DNA of 62,927 nt, filler included, from Licmophora abbreviata (lineage: Eukaryota), in the NCBI GenBank assembly GCA_900291995.1. It is 10 parts of 10 records of this genome, joined end to end, with 100 filler letters (N's around TTAATTAATTAA, not from the genome) between each part and the next. Parts side by side here need not be neighbours in the genome. Positions count along the whole stretch, not along the records: positions 44,779 to 51,815 come from OLMU01000438.1; positions 51,916 to 53,368 come from OLMU01000439.1; positions 53,469 to 59,600 come from OLMU01000440.1; positions 59,701 to 62,927 come from OLMU01000442.1; 6 more parts are not named here. One strand, 5' to 3'. Below are positions 49,169 through 61,923 of the stretch, one piece after another (positions within the stretch are counted from its first letter, which is position 1; every line of letters starts with the position of its first letter). Position numbers and translations under genes: made by a program. Below the pieces are notes generated by a model. That model was not told the DNA's origin and made no database searches. It saw only the letters and a list, made by a program, of their open reading frames with translations.

Positions 49169-50551
49169 CTATTCGCTTTTCAGGTTGGCTGTCCCCTCTT
49201 CGCCCTTGCCCACAACTTCTGCGGCGGACCCCTGCTGTTCTTTCTTTTGCTTCTTGTAGTACTCCTCCATTGCAACCCGTTGCCTTTTCATGTCTTCGTT
49301 GGCCAAGTCTTGATAGTACTTCCTGCGATCATCGGTCTGATTCTTCCACCGCTGACCGACCATCTTGGCGAGTTCCTTGAAGCTGATTTTACCGTGAGTC
49401 TTTCGATGGGGACGACGCTGCTTCTCCGTAGGTACAAGAGGCCGAAGGAGTGCCTTGATCGCTGGTTTCTGAACAGCAGAGTCGGAGGAAGGATCCGACC
49501 CCTCTGGCTTCGCGGCAGGGTCTGTCGAGCCAGGCACCGCCTCAGACTTTGTATCTGAATCGATCTGTGCCGACGACAAGGCGGCCTCCTCACCAGTGAT
49601 CTCGGCAAGGATCCGCTCGCGCTCCTCCGAAAAGAAGAGATTGTAGGCACTCAAAGGGCGACGAGGCATATCGGCAGGCTTCTTCCGGGCGCGTCGTTTC
49701 TTCTTCGGCGGAGCTGCGGTGTCGTCTGCTCTTTGCTTACTTTGATCTTCCATACCGGACATGTGAGCAAGCCTAGGGTCGTCGTAACCTCGCTTTTGGT
49801 GCGCCGCAGAAGCCATGGCTTGTCGCCACATCATATCCTGCAGGGGGAGATTCGGTATGTCTAGACGTTGTGGACCGTCGTGTTGATAGTTGTATTCAGG
49901 TCGTTGCATCAAGTTGGCAGGAGGAAAGTTCCTCCACTGAGAAGGGGACCGGTGATCGGTACTATTGTCCACATCATGAAAACGGGGTGCACCTCGGCTG
50001 TCCCTCCCCAAGGACCCTCTCCCTTGCGTCGGATAGGAACGAGGCTCCTGCGCCACAGCGGCGCCCATCGCCCGCTGTTGGGAAATCATGCGATGCATCT
50101 CATCATTGCTAAGCTGCTCACTACCCGCTTCTGAGAAAGCCCTCCTTCCATACAACGACTCCATGGCCGCCATGTGCTGCTGACGAAAAAGTATCATGCG
50201 ATTTATCATCTCTTCATCATTGGCTCCGGATGGCGGCATATCGGTCATATTATTGGCTGCTAGGTACATCGCAGGGGGAGGATTTCGAGGATTTCCCATC
50301 GGACCACCGATCATGGGCATATGCTGACCTGCCGCTGACGAGCTTGCTGCACTTGCAATGCGATAGTCATCGACCCGATGACCGCGAATAGAACTGCCCT
50401 CTATCGGCGATATCCCATGGTGATATCGTTGTGGCGACAGCATGCGCATCATGATCTCTCGAGTAGCGGCAGAGTTGTTAATCAACGACTCTCTAGGATC
50501 AACGTCTTCGCCCGTATTATCCGCATCGTCGTAGGGAGGTTGATTTTGCAT
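49169..50551 (-). CDS. HMG-box transcription factor with a split, diatom-type box
   Basis: PRRPLSAYNLFF..ER ... HGKISFKELAKMVGQRWK...Y..LA.ED..R; Met/Pro/Gln-rich N-terminus. Confidence 0.88.
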   Translation of the reverse strand: MQNQPPYDDADNTGEDVDPRESLINNSAATREIMMRMLSPQRYHHGISPIEGSSIRGHRVDDYRIASAASSSAAGQHMPMIGGPMGNPRNPPPAMYLAANNMTDMPPSGANDEEMINRMILFRQQHMAAMESLYGRRAFSEAGSEQLSNDEMHRMISQQRAMGAAVAQEPRSYPTQGRGSLGRDSRGAPRFHDVDNSTDHRSPSQWRNFPPANLMQRPEYNYQHDGPQRLDIPNLPLQDMMWRQAMASAAHQKRGYDDPRLAHMSGMEDQSKQRADDTAAPPKKKRRARKKPADMPRRPLSAYNLFFSEERERILAEITGEEAALSSAQIDSDTKSEAVPGSTDPAAKPEGSDPSSDSAVQKPAIKALLRPLVPTEKQRRPHRKTHGKISFKELAKMVGQRWKNQTDDRRKYYQDLANEDMKRQRVAMEEYYKKQKKEQQGSAAEVVGKGEEGTANLKSE

Positions 50552-51253
50552 TCTTTCAGTCAATAGAACAGGGTCAATGCTTGCGAAACCAATTTGTCGT
50601 ACGGCAAAACACAGTAATGACTGTAGTGGCTTATCAACCTCGTATCCCTAAGTTTTTCCAAGCAAACAACGCTGTACAAGGCTGCTAACTGCACACGCGT
50701 CTTCTGAGGTCAGGTGTCCCGTTGTCCTTCCAAGATTGTGATGGGTTCCGATGGCGCTATCCTTCTGCAAAAGACCGATTTTGTCCTTCGGCGCTTCAGC
50801 AGAACCAGAAATGACCCATGATGCGTTGTTGTTTCGTTGATGTTTCGTTGAAAAGTTCACTCCGAGGAGACGGCTGGCTCGGAGTATTATGATTGCCCTA
50901 CATTGTAGTCCAGTGTGTCTTGCTCCGTACTTCGTAGTATGATTCTGGTTTTTAAGTATTTGAAAGTCTTACAGATTGTAGTAAAACCCCAGGATCACTT
51001 TTCTTCTCTTTTACGTACAGCACAACTGTCATGATATTTATTTTTGTCCTGCAAAAAGCGATGAACGGACGGAGTGCTGACGCCCATACATTGAAACATT
51101 GAAACATTTTTGACGATTCCACACTCTCCTTTTTCCACCACTCTCTTTGCAAAACGCGTGCGTGTTCCCCCGCGAACGTGAACAATCCGCCTTTGTTGAG
51201 ACGCCGCTGTGTTGTCACACCTTCTCTGCTGAATCTCTTCGACCTAAAATTAA

Positions 51254-52507
<1,254 letters not shown>

Positions 52508-52621
52508 GTCTCTTAAAAGAATCTCTCAGAGAGAGTAGAGTTACCTCGAGCTATCTTTATTTAGGCAAACAATCGCGATACGTATCTAGCAAGTGCTCAT
52601 ATAGTCATCGTCAAGGTCGTA

Positions 52622-53225
52622 CTACATTCCTGAGCTTAGATCCTTAACCTCATCAATCGATATCTCCTGTATTTAAAAGAAAAAAGCAACGTACATGTGA
52701 GCGACAAAGGCATTACAAGGCAAATGCAAAAGTTTCCACGGCATCTCTACATACGGCTATATCACTCGCAAACTCATTGTCTTCGGTCAGAAAGAGCATG
52801 CAGTGGCATTCATGTCGCTCTCTCATGGGAACGCAAGGGCAATTCCAGTATCCATCTTTTGCTTCCTTTTCTTTATCATCATAAAACCGACACGGGCATA
52901 GAGGGGCCCCAAGTGCAATTTTGTGCTCCGCGAGCCCCTTGATGACAACAGCCGGAACCGACTTGTCGGTGCAGAGTTTAGTGGATGTATTTTCCAAGTA
53001 TTTGTTTGTGAAACTCGTCATGGCTTTCAGCGCTTTCTCCGTTGCCATCTCCCTTTCCTCTGATGTCATGCTATCATCCTTGGCCATGTGCGACGTTTCG
53101 AACGCCGCCGACGGCCTTGATCCTGTCCGTGCGGGAGACGTAAAGGCTTGGGATACAGAACCAATATGGATGGCGATTCCACAGAAGAACCAAACAAAAA
53201 GGAGTGCGTTTGAAACGAGGCGCAT
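52622..53225 (-). CDS. ftrB: Ferredoxin-thioredoxin reductase catalytic subunit, plastid-targeted; intron 52667-52754
   Basis: SQA-F presequence; the three diagnostic motifs LCPCR, WNCPC, ECHCMLF. Confidence 0.93.
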
Positions 53226-53368
53226 TCTTGAGAGAAGGAAGAAAGGCGAAAGCGTTAGTATCCGCAGAGTCCAGGTGGCTATCGGAAGCGAATTGTGCAT
53301 CGGTGTATCTTTGCCCGAAAGAATAGTGGCGCACGGACCGACAACACATCGTCGTCGACGTTTCTTTC

Positions 53369-53468
53369 NNNNNNNNNNNNNNNNNNNNNNNNNNNNNNNN
53401 NNNNNNNNNNNNTTAATTAATTAANNNNNNNNNNNNNNNNNNNNNNNNNNNNNNNNNNNNNNNNNNNN
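53369..53468. other. Artificial contig spacer
   Basis: N44-TTAATTAATTAA-N44. Confidence 0.97.
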
Positions 53469-53886
53469 ACCCTACGGCAGCACGAACATTCATACTACAC
53501 GGAACAAATCAAACTCACTTCAAGGATTCGGCTTTTACAGAAGATTGTCCCGCTGATGGCGATTAGCAACGATGTCAACCACACACATATTTTAGGATGC
53601 GCCGCCGTCGCGAAGTCTCATCTCGGTCGAAAACAGTGTTTTCAAGTTATTTTCGACAATATATTCTGGAATTGTCAGAAGCCTTCTCAAATTGGAGACA
53701 TTTGAGTGCGAGCTACGAGCTCGACGCTCTCTTAAAAAAGTCACATGTTCCCCCTTAAAAAAAAAGGCGCACCAATCACACGCAATCAGCAATCACATCA
53801 TCATGATCTCGCACGAGTGTACCCACTTGTCAGCCAAGTTGATGACCTGGTAGTGCTCGATTGGAAGAAACAGGTGTCTGGACGTG

Positions 53887-55779
53887 ATGAACTTCATTCC
53901 TGTTCGATTTATCGGCGGAAGATTCCAACCGTGCCGTGTCCAGATACTATTACTGAGCACGACGGCGACATATCCAAAGTTTGGCGGGAAGACGCTTGCC
54001 ATCCACCAATCAGCCAAGTTCTCGTCCTCCCACGGAAACAATGATCTCTGGAATAAGCATCGTGTCAACGCTTTCGTTGGACACAACTTTCCAGACTTTA
54101 TCGAAGGCTGGAATCGAACGACCTTTCGGAAAGTCGGATATGGGCTCAATGCGGCCACAGTCGCGTGTTTTGTCGCCGGCGCAGCCTTTGATGCAACAAG
54201 CCTCTGGAGCTTTGTTCCGGCGGTGACAGCGAGTACCTTCTCGACTGCCTACTGGCGAATTGGCTTGCAGGATATCAAGCAGACTAGCCATGCGCTCCGA
54301 AGAAACTATCCCGTGCTGGCGAACTTTCGCTACATTATGGAGACGATTCGTCCCGAGCTCCGTCAGTACGTTATCGAGTCGGACACGGATGGCAAGCCCT
54401 TCAACCGCCTCACACGCGCCCAAGTGTATCAACGTGCGAAGAATGTTGACGACACTCTCCCCTTTGGTACACGACGTGACGTATATCAGACGCACCACGA
54501 GTGGGCCTGCCATTCCATGTGGCCAACAGTAGTTGATGAAGAAGACGCAAGGAGGCATGCTGTGGGGACTACGGAATACGGCACGACGAAACCATATTCG
54601 AGCAGCGTACTCAACGTTAGCGCCATGTCCTTTGGTGCCATTTCTAACAACGCGATTCTCGCATTGAATCGAGGAGCCAAACTTGGAGGGTTCTACCACA
54701 ACACTGGAGAGGGAGGATGTTCACGATACCACTTGGAGGGCGGCGGTGATATTGTGTGGAACGTCGGAACTGGTTACTTTGGATGTGGATCCGGAGACGG
54801 CACTCACCGAAGCTTTGAGCCTGCCATGATGAAGGAGACGATTAACGAAGCTAACGGACGAATCAAGATGATTGAGATTAAGCTTTCCCAGGGAGCCAAG
54901 CCGGGTCACGGGGGCTTGCTGCCAAAATCCAAGATCACACGAGAGATCGCAGAGGCGAGAAAGCTTCAGTTCCCAGCCGAGTTTGACTGTCATAGTCCGG
55001 CTCGACATTCGGCGTTCTCCACTCCATATGAGTTGATTGAATTCATTGCGCGGGTCAGAGAGGACAGCGGGGGTCTACCGGTTGGCATCAAGATGTGTGT
55101 CGGACAGCCCGGAGAATTTGCCGCACTCTGTAAAGCCATGCTTTCAGTCGGCAATGGACCGGATTTTATCACCGTCGACGGAGCCGAGGGTGGTACGGGC
55201 GCCGCACCACCGGAGCTGAGTAACTCGGTTGGACTTCCACTCGAGGAGGGCATAGTTCTTGTCCGGAACATGCTACAAGGGGCAGGACTGAAAGACAAGA
55301 CAACAATCAATGCGTCGGGAAGGGTCGCATCTGCCTTTTCACTCGTAAGAACGATCGCGTTAGGTGCCGATATCACTTGCGCTGCTCGGGCATTCATGCT
55401 CAGTCTGGGTTGTATTCAGGCTCTCAAGTGCAATACTAACAAGTGTCCCACCGGCATAGCTACTCAAAACAAGGATTTAATGTTCGGTCTAGATCCAGAC
55501 GTGAAAGCTCATCGCGTCTACCACTACCACAGAAAGACGATTCAGGCTGCAAGCGATATTGTCGGCATTATGGGATACGACTCCTTCGATGATATTCAAT
55601 CGGACGACATAATGCGACGAGTACAGCACAACAAAGTTCGAACTCTTGCAGAGCATTTCCCCGAAGTTGACACCGGCTGCTTGCTGGATGGAACCGCCCC
55701 GGCTCGATTGCAAGCTGCATGGGACAGCTGTGATGCCTCGTCCACGCACGTGTCACACCGCCGATGGATTTGTGACTAG
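53887..55779 (+). CDS. Standalone FMN-binding glutamate synthase family protein (GltB FMN/Fe-S domain only)
   Basis: RNYP, IRPELRQY, SAMSFGA, NTGEGG, EIKLSQGAKPGHGG, VDGAEGGTGAAP, GCIQALKCNTNKCPTGIATQ; intronless. Confidence 0.9.
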   Translation: MNFIPVRFIGGRFQPCRVQILLLSTTATYPKFGGKTLAIHQSAKFSSSHGNNDLWNKHRVNAFVGHNFPDFIEGWNRTTFRKVGYGLNAATVACFVAGAAFDATSLWSFVPAVTASTFSTAYWRIGLQDIKQTSHALRRNYPVLANFRYIMETIRPELRQYVIESDTDGKPFNRLTRAQVYQRAKNVDDTLPFGTRRDVYQTHHEWACHSMWPTVVDEEDARRHAVGTTEYGTTKPYSSSVLNVSAMSFGAISNNAILALNRGAKLGGFYHNTGEGGCSRYHLEGGGDIVWNVGTGYFGCGSGDGTHRSFEPAMMKETINEANGRIKMIEIKLSQGAKPGHGGLLPKSKITREIAEARKLQFPAEFDCHSPARHSAFSTPYELIEFIARVREDSGGLPVGIKMCVGQPGEFAALCKAMLSVGNGPDFITVDGAEGGTGAAPPELSNSVGLPLEEGIVLVRNMLQGAGLKDKTTINASGRVASAFSLVRTIALGADITCAARAFMLSLGCIQALKCNTNKCPTGIATQNKDLMFGLDPDVKAHRVYHYHRKTIQAASDIVGIMGYDSFDDIQSDDIMRRVQHNKVRTLAEHFPEVDTGCLLDGTAPARLQAAWDSCDASSTHVSHRRWICD

Positions 55780-55863
55780 CTAGCTGATCATACTCGAGTG
55801 TTACCTTATTAGAAGATGAAGCAGAATAGATTCATGATAAAGAGAATGCGGTATAGCTAGCTA

Positions 55864-57100
55864 CTAGAAGTCGTCCAATCCCAATGCATCAAGATCGTCA
55901 AGCGAGAGCTCGTCTACCGGCTTTGATGATGGCGCCCCGGGCACCGTTTCTGACTTCTTCTTCTTCTTCTTCTTCGTTGGCGTCTTTTTGACAGGCGAAT
56001 CTTCTTCTGGTGGAAGTGATGTTACTTTCGTCGCTTTTATTTCCGGAACGTTTCCCTCGGGATCTGACAGTAAGCCTTCCAAGTTGTCGTTGGATGTCGT
56101 GTCGACGACCGCTTCCTCTGTAGCTTCGTCTTCGACGACTTTCTCTTTCTGAGTAACCCCCTCTGTTATTTCCTCATCTTCTTGCACTTGCTCCTCCATT
56201 ACAATTTCAGCATCCATAATGTTCTCTGCATTCCCTTCCTCCTGTTCTTCTCCTTTCTGAGAATCAATCAACAATTGATTCGCTACATCCTCGTCACCCT
56301 CAGCCTGCTTCATAACAGCCCGTCGTTCAGCCGCAGTTACAAAGTCCAAAGGGCGTTCGTAATCAAAGTAATCATCATCCCCGACGTCTTCCAAAATCCG
56401 GTCCCGATCCATGACAAAGTTGTCCTTGCCCTTGGCCCCACAGGTGTAGCATCCCAATCCACCAATGCCCGTGTCGCCCTGAAAGAACCATTCGCGATTC
56501 TTGGCAATGAAGAGAGTAGTACCACAGTTCTTGCATGTGTAGGCCTTTAGTTCCTTTTCTTGCTCTCGAGAAGTGATGACCATGTTCCATTGGGGCTGAC
56601 GGTCCCAAACTGGAATCTATATCGACGAGTAAAGCGGATGGTGGGGCGACGTTAGAAGTGCAGATCTCATAGACACACAAGTAGACGAGTACTGTACCGA
56701 CCTTGTTGATGAAACGCGCGCGATACCACTTCCAGAGAAAGGCCACACCCAGCCAAAGGAGCGCTCTCTTCAACCCTGGGCCTCGCATCGCCAGTGGCAT
56801 CAGCTCATCATCACCTTGCTTTGGCTTGAGGCCTGCTGACTCCAGCGTGTCCAGTCGATTCCAAGCCTTCTTCCAGAGTGGTTCCTTCGACTGCATCGTC
56901 ATAGTGAGAGTAGTACTGGTGCTAGTGGGAATGATGGCGCGGTGATGTCGTTGTCGTCGTTCTTGTTGTGATGGTGGCATCGTCTCGACGAAGGCCGTAG
57001 TGTGTCTGTTGGACGGTGGCGTAAACGCCTGTATCGAGGTCGTCGCCGTAGCCACCATCAGCATCATCAACACTGCTCTCCGCTGACTTGTTCGATCCAT
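55864..57100 (-). CDS. Plastid-targeted membrane protein with a CxxC...CxxC zinc-ribbon/rubredoxin-like domain and an acidic tail; intron 56617-56701
   Basis: IQA-F presequence; one TM helix; YTCKNCG...LGCYTCG; D/E-rich C-terminus. Confidence 0.65.
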
Positions 57101-57454
57101 AGTGTCCTTTCTACTGTTCTAGACTCAGAGTGGTGTGGTATACGAGAGAGGGTTCCAGACGGCGCCGATGTGATGGACTCACACACCACATGATCTTGTG
57201 TGCTACTAGAGTAGTGCTCTGATGTGTCGTCGTCGGCGTCGTCAAACTTTGCGAACTTCCAAGTGGAAGCGCCGCGCGCCGTTTACGCTCAACGCGCGAC
57301 GAGTACCGAAAAACGCGCGTTGCAAAAAACAAAAAACACAGCGCATAAAATATCCAATCGCCGCGGCGGCGCCGGACCGTCGTTACAGTCGAAAAGTCAA
57401 GCAGAGCTCTTCATACCAACTCTGTTTGTTGCCGTCTTCAACCATTATAGCGCC

Positions 57455-58949
57455 ATGGCTTCTTGGATCATGTTGCTAGTTTACGTGTTGAGTGTTGCTG
57501 CACTCTGGAGTACGACGGCGAGTGCCTACCAGCTGCGACCGTCGCTTCAAATGAGTGCATCGCCAACACTGGACTCATCCTCCTCATCATCCAACTCATG
57601 GTCACCTCCAAGCCATTGGAAGTTTGCCGGCTGGAGGCAGCGCACTCCTCATGGCATCCTTCCTCGCAGCACTAGTACCTCATCCCACACACGGCTCTAC
57701 GATGCCGATGGAGCGGTCATGCCTACGGGAGGACTCAGTCCCTGCATCATTAAAGTAATTGGCGTTGGAGGAGGTGGCTGCAACGCGGTGAGTTGTAGAT
57801 ACTACCCGTAGTGGCGTGCTGGTTATCGACAAAAGGTTCAAAATTAGGCACAGAATCACTCAACCCTTTGTGTTTCATTTACACTCGTAGGTCGATCGCA
57901 TGTTGGATACCGAGGTGGGCGGCGTCGACTTTTGGGCTCTCAACACGGACGCCCAGGCACTCGGTCGCAGCAAGGCCAAGGGCGCCAAGGTCCTGAACAT
58001 TGGTTCTTCCGTCACGCGCGGACTGGGTGCCGGCGGCAATCCCGAAATCGGTCAAATGGCAGCGGAGGAATCGCGCAAGGACATCATGACGGTAGTGGAA
58101 CACACCGACTTGTGCTTTGTCACGAGCGGGATGGGCGGTGGGACCGGCAGCGGGGCGGCGCCGGTAGTGGCCGAAGTTGCCAAGGAGGCGGGGTGTTTGA
58201 CTGTAGGAATTGTGACAAAGCCCTTTGTCTTTGAGGGAAAGCGGAGGCTCAAACAGGCGCAGGCGGCGATTGAGCGGCTGCGGGGCAATGTCGATACCGT
58301 CATTGTCGTCAACAACGATCGGCTGTTGGAGATTATTCCGGATGATACGCCCATGGAACGGGCGTTTGCTGTCGCCGATGATATTCTTCGACAGGGTGTG
58401 GTGGGTATTTCAGATATCATTGTCAAGCCAGGATTGATCAATGTCGATTTTGCCGATGTCCGGGCCGTCATGAGCAATGCGGGCACGGCGCTCATGGGCA
58501 TCGGAATCGGCTCCGGCAAGACGGCCGCGGAAGATGCCGCCGCTGCAGCCATTTCGAGTCCCCTCCTAGACTCGACGATTGACAATGCCAGGGGTGTCGT
58601 CTTCAATATCAGTGGTGGGAGGAATCTGTCTCTGAATGAAGTCAACCGTGCTGCGCGTCTAATCTACTCGACGGTCGAGCCGGACGCCAATGTCATCTTT
58701 GGCGCACTCACGGACGACACACTGGAAGACTCCATTTCGATCACTGTATTGGCGACGGGTTTCGCAACAAGTGAGAACGAAAATTTCATGCAGGCGAGCG
58801 AGGATAGATCTGCGCGAGTCAGGACTCCTCCTGCAGATACAAGGCCTGCGATGCAAGAAGTTGTCGTTCCAGATCGTACGCCCGGGCCCCCTGCTGACTC
58901 GGGGGACGGCATACCCGATTTCTTGAAGACGTTGAAGAAGCGACGATAG
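57455..58949 (+). CDS. ftsZ: Plastid division protein FtsZ; intron 57788-57890
   Basis: Bipartite presequence; IKVIGVGGGGCNA, NTDAQAL, GMGGGTGSG, LINVDFADV, C-terminal IPDFL. Confidence 0.96.
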
Positions 58950-59098
58950 ATGCGCTGTCGGGCTTGATGTGGGGAAAGGTGAATTTTATACCAACAGACA
59001 GTGACGCGAAAACTGGTCTGCTGGGACGGAAAGGTTAAATATATGGCTATTGAGAGAGAAGGTGTGAATTTATGCTTAGTGCATGTATGCTACTACCG

Positions 59099-59600
59099 TT
59101 AGAGTTCCGGTCCGATGAGTTTAGCACCAACGCTCTTGAATACCTCCACAATCGGATGGTCTTCTCCGAGATCCTTCATTGCCCACCAAAGCACCGACTC
59201 CCCATCTCCATTCTTGCCCGTACGAGCGTTCACGTCAGCTCCCTTGTCCAGGAGAAATTTGACGACGTCGGGGTCTTGACTGCGGATAGCTTCATGCAAG
59301 GGAGTCCAGCCGTTGGTGTCCTTCGTGTGAATCGATTCCTCGTTGACTGCTACGACCTTCTGTAGCTCCTTCAAGCGTCCCTGTCTCGCCAGAAAGTGCG
59401 CCTCCGTTGATCCAGTCTCGAAGGTTTCCCGTTGCATAATGGTGTGACCGTTCGGGTTCCTGGACCGCCAGGTAGCTTCATCGGGAGAGCCTGGAATCAA
59501 GTAAGGAGGTAGATCGGACTGCCCATTCTCGATCTCTTCGCCGATAGGTCCGATAGGTTCAAAATGAACGAACACGTTTGCCATGAAGCGCCCCTTGAGG
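59099..59600 (-). CDS. Ankyrin-repeat protein, 3' part (5' end in the gap)
   Basis: KGRFMANVFVHFEP, then ankyrin repeats NGWTPLHEA...GADVNAR; ends with GPEL. Confidence 0.8.
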
Positions 59601-59700
59601 NNNNNNNNNNNNNNNNNNNNNNNNNNNNNNNNNNNNNNNNNNNNTTAATTAATTAANNNNNNNNNNNNNNNNNNNNNNNNNNNNNNNNNNNNNNNNNNNN
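59601..59700. other. Artificial contig spacer
   Basis: N44-TTAATTAATTAA-N44. Confidence 0.97.
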
Positions 59701-59931
59701 GTGAAGGCTCAGGACGAGAATGGCTGGACCCCATTGCATGAAAGCGCAAGAGGAGGTCATGTCGACTGTGCTAAGCTCTTGCATGATAATGGTGCTGATG
59801 TCAATGCGCGGGTTGGCGGTGGCGCAGGAGGGACTCCCCTGTGGTGGGCAGCGAAACAGCACGGCATGGATCATCCAATCGTGGACTACTTACAGAGTGT
59901 CGGTGGTTTGAATCTGGGCCCTGACCTTTAG
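59701..59931 (+). CDS. Ankyrin-repeat protein, 3' end (paralog of the preceding gene)
   Basis: DENGWTPLHESARGGH...GADVNAR...TPLWWA...HPIV..L.SVG...GPDL*. Confidence 0.78.
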   Translation: MKAQDENGWTPLHESARGGHVDCAKLLHDNGADVNARVGGGAGGTPLWWAAKQHGMDHPIVDYLQSVGGLNLGPDL

Positions 59932-60349
59932 GCGCTGGTTTACATGAGACGGTCAGTCGTCCGGTAGATCCGTGCATCCTGGCAAAAATAGAAGTGAGCA
60001 TTATTCTTCAGCGATTACGGGCTTTGTTAGAAGCGTTTGGGAAACATGGAGGGCTAGTCGTCGTTGGTAACTGAACAGGCACCGTAGTCCCAAGCCTCTT
60101 GAATTGCGTCTACCTTCGTGAAGCTGAATCGAATCAATCGATGCGTTACTGCCGCTGCCGCGGCGGGGCACGCGCGTCGGACAGACATTGTACTTTGGCG
60201 CGCCAAAAACTGATCCAATCCCGCGATTTCAATCTTGCTCGTGCTTCGTTGATGGCGCAAGATGTGGTGATGCGACGACGGCTGACGACACACAAAGAAG
60301 CGTATTGAACACAACAAAAACCAGCAAACAACATTAGAATCCTAAGAGC

Positions 60350-61575
60350 ATGGCAGATTTCGATATTGATTTGAGTGCGCCGCCAATGTCCGCGCCCATT
60401 GTCACTGTGATGGCGCCACCAGAGCAAAAGATGCTCGACATTTCCGAACTTCGTCAGCAGGGTTACACCAGTGGCTTGGCAAGGGAACTACAGGCCAACG
60501 TTCAATCGTATCCGATTCGATTCTGGGTATGTGACAACAGTGGATCCATGCGAAAGAGTGATGGGCATAACATTGTGGGTACGACTGCAAAGAATGATGT
60601 TCGTGTCGTCGCCTGCAATCGATGGACCGAGCTTCAACAGACGATGTTGTACCATGCAGACCTCGCAGGACTTTTGCAAGCCCCCACTGTGTTTCGAGTA
60701 AGTCGAGTAGACGACTGCTCGTGCCAAGTTTGTCGCTCACTTCCCGCCTCACGATTTTCGCCCTTACTACTGCTTCCTATCTCTACTAGATGCTAAACAA
60801 CCCTGGCGTAAGGAGTGGTCCGCAGGAGTTTTCGGTCGCAGAACGGGGCGCAGAATTCATTAATGCCGACTTGGAGGTCGTACGGGGTGTAGTTAGGAAT
60901 ACACAACCAGCGGGTGTTACGCCGTTGACACAGCACATCATGGAAATCCGCGAGCTTATCCGAGTTCTAGAGCCCTCGTTGCGCCGGATGGGTCAGCAAG
61001 CGGTCGTGGTGCTGGCGACAGACGGGCTCCCAACTGGACCTTTCGGAGAGCACAACGCAATGATCAGGAACGAATTCATTCAGGCGCTTAAGTCGCTTCA
61101 GACTCTCCCAGTGTGGATAGTTGTAAGACTGTGCACTGACGACGACGATGTCGTTGAGTTCTACAACAACCTGGACGCCATGTTGGAACTCCCTCTTGAA
61201 GTCCTCGATGACTTTTTCGGTGAAGCAAAAGAGATCTACAAGTGCAACCCTTTCTTGAACTACACACTACCGTTACATCGCTGTCGAGAAATGGGATACT
61301 GCCATCGTGTCTTTGATTTACTTGACGAACGCAAGTTGAACAAGGACGAACTGAGAGAATTCGTGTCAATACTCTTTGGTCCGGGCGCCCTGGACGGCAT
61401 TCCAAACGTGCATACCGACTGGAATGGGTTTCTTAAAGAGCTTGAAAAGATTGTAAATCGGGAAGAAAAGCAGTGGAATCCGGTGACTAAGAAGCTGTCA
61501 CCCTGGATCAACATGAAGAAGCTAAAGAGGGCGTACGGTGGAGGTGGGCTAAGCCTATTTCGCAATCGGAAGTAG
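60350..61575 (+). CDS. von Willebrand factor A (vWA) domain protein; intron 60698-60789
   Basis: MIDAS DNSGSM, GVTPL, VLATDGLP, VRLCTD, LEVLDDF. Confidence 0.82.
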
Positions 61576-61923
61576 ATATCACCGTACCATAATTTAAACG
61601 CGTAGACTGTGATCTGAACATGAGGTACCAACGTAGCAGCCCTATCAGCCCAATGACTTTTCGTCGTATAGTAAGGATGCATCTACTCCGGTATTCGAGG
61701 CGACGCCGTTCGAGCTATATTGTTTTGACCCACACGGAAACGATTTGATGAGCCGCGCGAAGAGAGAAAATTTCTCGTGCGTGTCGCTTTTGGTTTTTTC
61801 GGAGGCCGACGAGACGCGAAGCAGAGGGAACAAACACATTGAAGACGAGATTGTGACGTTGAGGCAACGTTTCTGCGTTGTATTTACGCCTCGTCCCTTC
61901 CCATGAGCTCTTGTTGTACTAGA

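Noticed and set aside
55954..55974. (CTT)7 microsatellite
   Set aside because: It simply encodes a poly-Lys run in the minus-strand CDS.
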